The notes beneath the pieces were generated by a model that did no database searches, was not told the origin of the DNA, and worked only from the letters and a program-made list of their open reading frames with translations. 32,159 nt of DNA from Patescibacteria group bacterium. GTDB taxonomy: Bacteria > Patescibacteriota > Microgenomatia > UBA1400 > PJMF01. A program made the translations under genes and the position numbers. This document shows positions 28,777 through 32,159 of the stretch, one piece after another; the stretch's first letter is position 1; each line of letters begins with the position of its first letter. Where the stretch lies: NCBI GenBank assembly GCA_018813375.1, contig JAHJBU010000049.1, positions 1 to 32,159 on the forward strand, read 5' to 3'.

Positions 28777-30345
28777 TTACTTAGCCACTGCTTGAGATCT
28801 AGTTTCTCTAATAACAGTGACAGTTACTGTACCAGGATAAGTTAAGTTGTCTTTAATTTCATCTCTAATTTTACTTGCAAGTACTGTAACATCATCATCT
28901 TTTGATTGATTAGGTTTGAGTAAGACTCTAATTTCTCTGCCTGCCTGGATAGCATACGAATTTTCAACCTCTTCGTATTTATTAGCAATTTCTTCTAGTT
29001 TTTCTAATCTTTTTACATATTCATCATAGTTTTCATATCTAGCCCCAGGTCTTGCTCCTGAAATGGCATCAGCTACATAGACAGTCATTTGCTCAGGTCC
29101 TGAAAAAGGTTCATCTTCGTGATGCTGGGCGATACAGTCAACTACCTCTTGGGGTAAGTTGAATTTTTTTGCAATCTTTACTCCCAGTTCAACATGGCTA
29201 CCTTCTACTTCATCAGAAACTTTACCAATGTCATGAAGTAAGCAACCAAGCTTTACAATATTTACATCAAGTCCAAGCTCATGAGCTAGTTTAATCCCAA
29301 TTCGAGTTTCTTCCAGAGTATGTGCAATTAAGTTTTGGCCGTATGAAAAGCGGTATTTAAATTTGCCGATCATTTTCATCAAATCATTGGGGAGATTGTA
29401 AATCCCTATTTCGTGGCATAGTTCTTTACCTGCTTCAAAAGTGATTTTATCAATTTCTTTTTCTACTTTTTCTACGATTTCTTCAATTCTAGTAGGTTGA
29501 ATACGACCGTCTCTAATAAGCCTTTCAAGTGAAATTCTACCAATTTCTCTGCGAACTGGATCAAAGCAAGACAGTCTAACTGATTTAGGGTCAGCGTCTA
29601 GATCAACATCAACTCCAGTGCGTTGTTCAAAGGCGTGGATATTTCTACCTGATTTTCCAATAATTTTTCCTTTAACTTCTTCAGTAGGTAGCTCAACTGT
29701 AGAAATAGTGTACTCAGCCACGTAATCAGTGGCTCCATGCTTCATTGCATCAACAACAATCTCTTGAACCCGACTGTCCGCCTGTTGAGTAGCCTCTTCT
29801 TCTTTTTGACGAATCAGTTGAGCCATTTCTTTTCGGAGGCGTTTTTCTAAATCATCAAAAAGTTGTTTTTTTGCTTCTTGCGTAGTCATTCCAGATACAG
29901 CTTCTAGTTTTGTTAGAATGTTTTGTTCTTTATCAGCTAGTTTTTGTTTAGATTTTTCTAATTGCTGTTTTTGAAGATCAAGGTGTTCTTCTTTTCTATC
30001 AATACTACTCAAGCGATCCTCAATCTTAGATAGCTTGTCATCTAAAGACTGCTGCTGTCTCTCGAGTTTAATATTGAGCTCACGAGCGTTATTTTCAGCC
30101 TCAGATCTAACAGCTAAAGCTTCATCTTTTGCCTCAACAATGATCTCCCTAGCTTTGGCTTTAGCCTCCACAACAATTACTTGAGTATTAATAATTGGAG
30201 TAATTGGTTTAGGCTGAGCCTGTTTTTTGGGTGGTTTAGCTTCAGTTTTTTGATCCTGCTTAGATTTTATCTTGAGATTGCTTGGTTTAGAACCGCTTTT
30301 AGCCTGTGAATCAAATAAACTCGATAAATTACTAAAAAAAGACAT
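28777..30345 (-). CDS. rny: Ribonuclease Y
   Basis: Coiled coil, KH domain (KGKIIGKSGRNI), HD motif (LLHDIGK), ADAISGARPGAR, YAIQAGREIRV; AAGGAG SD. Confidence 0.97.
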   Translation of the reverse strand: MSFFSNLSSLFDSQAKSGSKPSNLKIKSKQDQKTEAKPPKKQAQPKPITPIINTQVIVVEAKAKAREIIVEAKDEALAVRSEAENNARELNIKLERQQQSLDDKLSKIEDRLSSIDRKEEHLDLQKQQLEKSKQKLADKEQNILTKLEAVSGMTTQEAKKQLFDDLEKRLRKEMAQLIRQKEEEATQQADSRVQEIVVDAMKHGATDYVAEYTISTVELPTEEVKGKIIGKSGRNIHAFEQRTGVDVDLDADPKSVRLSCFDPVRREIGRISLERLIRDGRIQPTRIEEIVEKVEKEIDKITFEAGKELCHEIGIYNLPNDLMKMIGKFKYRFSYGQNLIAHTLEETRIGIKLAHELGLDVNIVKLGCLLHDIGKVSDEVEGSHVELGVKIAKKFNLPQEVVDCIAQHHEDEPFSGPEQMTVYVADAISGARPGARYENYDEYVKRLEKLEEIANKYEEVENSYAIQAGREIRVLLKPNQSKDDDVTVLASKIRDEIKDNLTYPGTVTVTVIRETRSQAVAK

Positions 30346-30527
30346 ATTTCTCCTTGCCGTAGTTAGTTTAAGTCAAATAATATTACTACACACAACAGCT
30401 ACTAGAATTGAGAAGTTTAGTTGATTAATACAGCACCATCTGGTACTGAATGAAAATAAATGTTGCTAACTTTGTACTTCATATCTCTAATATTAATGCA
30501 CTAATTTTGCTGTTTGTGTGCAAGATA
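30346..30527 (-). ncRNA. Candidate structured RNA / 5' leader of rny
   Basis: Nested complementary segments found by eye: 30509-30520 with 30389-30399, 30491-30497 with 30424-30430, hairpin 30431-30448; lies between a consensus promoter and the rny SD. Confidence 0.45.
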
Positions 30528-30533
30528 AGCACT

Positions 30534-30562
30534 ATTGTACTTAGCGCCAGCGAGTTAGTCAA
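30534..30562 (-). promoter_or_regulatory. Sigma70-type promoter upstream of rny
   Basis: Minus strand TTGACT (30562-30557), 17 nt spacer, TACAAT (30539-30534). Confidence 0.75.
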
Positions 30563-30613
30563 TGCGGAGGGCTTTTGGCACGGAAGATTTTTAAGTGCTT
30601 TTAACGCGAAAGT

Positions 30614-31660
30614 TTAATCTATTGCCTTGACTTTTTCCCAGATTTCTTTTTCAATCTCTCGTAGTAATTTTGAGTTTTCCATTAATTTAACTTTAGTCGC
30701 CTCACGGCCTTGAGCAATGACTTCACCTTGATATTTATAGAAACTTCCAGATCTTTCAAGTACTTTTTTACTAACCCCAACATCTATTACGTCTCCCACC
30801 CAAGAAATACCATTTATATCCATATCAAACTCAACGACCTTAAAAGGTGGAGCGAGTTTATTCTTTTTAACCTTAACTCGATGTCTAGTACCAATAATCT
30901 CTTCTCCCTCTTGGATGTTGCCGATTTTTCTAATGTCTAGGCGTTGTGAAGCGTAGAACTTAAGTGCATTTCCACCACTGGTGGTTTCTGGGCTACCAAA
31001 CATGACGCCAATTTTCATTCGGATTTGGTTTGTAAAAATGACCAGAGTATTAGTTTTATTGATAGCTGCAGCTAGTTTTCGCATAGCTTGAGACATAAGC
31101 CTAGCCTGACGGCCAATAGAATGATCACCCATTTCTCCTTCAATTTCTGCTTTTGGCACTAAGGCTGCAACAGAATCTATAACTACCACATCAACTCCTC
31201 CAGATCTAATTAGTGTTTCTGCAATTTCTAAAGCCTGTTCACCATAATCTGGCTGGGAGATTAGCATGTCGTTTACATTTACTCCAATTTTTTCAGCTCT
31301 GATGGGGTCTAGGGAATGTTCTACGTCTATAAAAGCGGCAACCCCACCTTTTTTCTGGGCATTGGCAATACCGTGTAAACACAAAGTAGTTTTACCTGAA
31401 GCTTCTGGGCCGTAGACTTCAACAATTCTTCCCCTGGGAAAACCGCCAATTCCTAAAGCAAGATCTAAGGAAAGTGAGCCAGTAGAAATAGAAGGGAAAT
31501 TTTTATTAGCTTTAAGCGAATCTCCCATTTTCATAATCGAGCCAGAGCCATGTTGTTTATCTATTTGTTGCATAGCAATATTAACCGCTTGATTTTTTTC
31601 AGATTCTTTTACTGGGTTAGTGTCCTCGATTTTAGTACTTTTACTTTTGTTTTTAGCCAT
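30614..31660 (-). CDS. recA: Recombinase A
   Basis: [68 protein letters not shown]. Confidence 0.99.
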   Translation of the reverse strand: MAKNKSKSTKIEDTNPVKESEKNQAVNIAMQQIDKQHGSGSIMKMGDSLKANKNFPSISTGSLSLDLALGIGGFPRGRIVEVYGPEASGKTTLCLHGIANAQKKGGVAAFIDVEHSLDPIRAEKIGVNVNDMLISQPDYGEQALEIAETLIRSGGVDVVVIDSVAALVPKAEIEGEMGDHSIGRQARLMSQAMRKLAAAINKTNTLVIFTNQIRMKIGVMFGSPETTSGGNALKFYASQRLDIRKIGNIQEGEEIIGTRHRVKVKKNKLAPPFKVVEFDMDINGISWVGDVIDVGVSKKVLERSGSFYKYQGEVIAQGREATKVKLMENSKLLREIEKEIWEKVKAID

Positions 31661-31757
31661 AAATTCCTTTCTTTGGGGCAGTGGGTTTTGGGTTTTTTAT
31701 TGTTTATATGAAATCATAGTACTGTATAATTAATTAGCTTAGAAGTATGAAATTGAT

Positions 31758-31784
31758 GTTTTATTACACAAAGTGTAGTAAAAC
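31758..31784. promoter_or_regulatory. Operator-like palindrome in the recA/tRNA divergent region
   Basis: GTTTTATTACAC-aaa-GTGTAGTAAAAC, 11 of 12 arm positions complementary. Confidence 0.4.
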
Positions 31785-31824
31785 TAAGAAATTGCTCTTA
31801 AAAATTTAAAATAAGTTTGAAAAA

Positions 31825-31897
31825 CGGGCTGTGGCGCAGTTGGTAGCGCGCGCGCATGGGGTGCGTGAGGTCGCTGGTTCAAGTCCAGTCAGCCCGA
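31825..31897 (+). tRNA. tRNA-Pro (anticodon GGG), CCA not encoded
   Basis: Acceptor stem CGGGCTG/CAGCCCG plus discriminator A; D arm GCGC-AGTTGGTA-GCGC; anticodon arm CGCGC-ATGGGGT-GCGTG; T arm GCTGG-TTCAAGT-CCAGT. Confidence 0.96.
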
Positions 31898-31898
31898 C

Positions 31899-32069
31899 AT
31901 GAGCCTAAAACAAAAACTAAACTCCATGTACTCTCAACAGCGCAAATTAACTGGGGCTAGGAATAGCGTTAATGATCCTCGTCTAAAAAGAACTTTAGAA
32001 TTAAAACAGCAGATGATGGGGCGAAGAATCGGTAGAATGCAGGCGGATCAAAGAGCAGGTAAAAAGTAG
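31899..32069 (+). CDS. Small basic hypothetical protein, 56 aa (not in the ORF track)
   Basis: Hand translation MSLKQKLNSMYSQQRKLTGARNSVNDPRLKRTLELKQQMMGRRIGRMQADQRAGKK*; fills the gap between the tRNA and the next gene. Confidence 0.55.
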   Translation: MSLKQKLNSMYSQQRKLTGARNSVNDPRLKRTLELKQQMMGRRIGRMQADQRAGKK

Positions 32070-32095
32070 ATAAAAATAGAAGGTAGGAGAAATTT

Positions 32096-32159
32096 ATGTC
32101 TAGGGTTGTAACTTCTATTAAAGCTCTAATTTTTAAAGATGATAAGTTTTTATTACTTA
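32096..32159 (+). CDS. Partial CDS running off the window, N-terminus resembles a NUDIX hydrolase
   Basis: AGGAG SD at 32085-32089; MSRVVTSIKALIFKDDKFLLL resembles the first strands of NUDIX enzymes; Nudix box not visible. Confidence 0.5.
   Translation, partial: MSRVVTSIKALIFKDDKFLLL

Noticed and set aside
30346-30613. Possible recX or small ORF between recA and rny
   Set aside because: No ORF appears there in the provided track and the gap is too short for RecX; it is explained by a promoter plus leader
485-30940. Short ORF-track entries overlapping larger genes (485-787, 3536-3772, 6491-6721, 6745-6951, 6770-6964, 9927-10271, 12599-12793, 14543-14782, 14897-15181, 21908-22138, 25844-26110, 27999-28193, 28154-28375, 30710-30940)
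   Set aside because: Antisense or alternate-frame shadows of well-supported genes, with no motifs or clear expression signals
31722-31737. CTGT-ataattaa-TTAG resembling an E. coli LexA box upstream of recA
   Set aside because: The right half-site is TTAG rather than ACAG, and that box type is not expected in this lineage
1-32159. CRISPR array, rRNA, prophage, IS transposase, stop-codon reassignment
   Set aside because: No regularly spaced repeats or such genes were seen by eye, and conserved genes are full length under code 11 with TGA used as stop

Overview
AT-rich, gene-dense bacterial chromosomal segment, read with genetic code 11 (TGA used as stop). Gene content and style suggest a Patescibacteria/CPR genome, probably Microgenomates-like; this is an inference, not a phylogenetic result. 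1-13.4 kb is a cell-surface glycan locus: LCP-rmlB-rmlC-rmlD on the minus strand, divergent from a GT-C membrane protein, a Wzx flippase, four GT2, one GT4 and an ArnT/PMT-like GT-C. 13.4-20.2 kb is a minus-strand run of cyclophilin lipoprotein, DUF4012, prfB, a membrane-anchored unknown, ftsE, ftsX and a coiled-coil/M23 peptidase. 20.2-23.1 kb is a small accessory patch: a hicB-hicA pair, two orphan helical proteins and a membrane protein apparently frameshifted at an A8 tract. The remainder holds def, SPFH, murF, ddl, a family-5 solute-binding protein, secG, rny, recA, tRNA-Pro(GGG), an uncalled 56-aa basic ORF and the start of a probable NUDIX gene. Main observations: (i) the FtsEX-linked M23 peptidase has its Zn-binding motifs in reversed (circularly permuted) order with all ligands intact; (ii) rny has a promoter-defined, apparently structured ~180-nt leader and encodes an RNase Y lacking the usual N-terminal TM helix; (iii) -10 boxes lie 6-10 nt upstream of many start codons, suggesting leaderless expression; (iv) prfB has no programmed frameshift. 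No CRISPR array, rRNA, transposase or integrase was seen.
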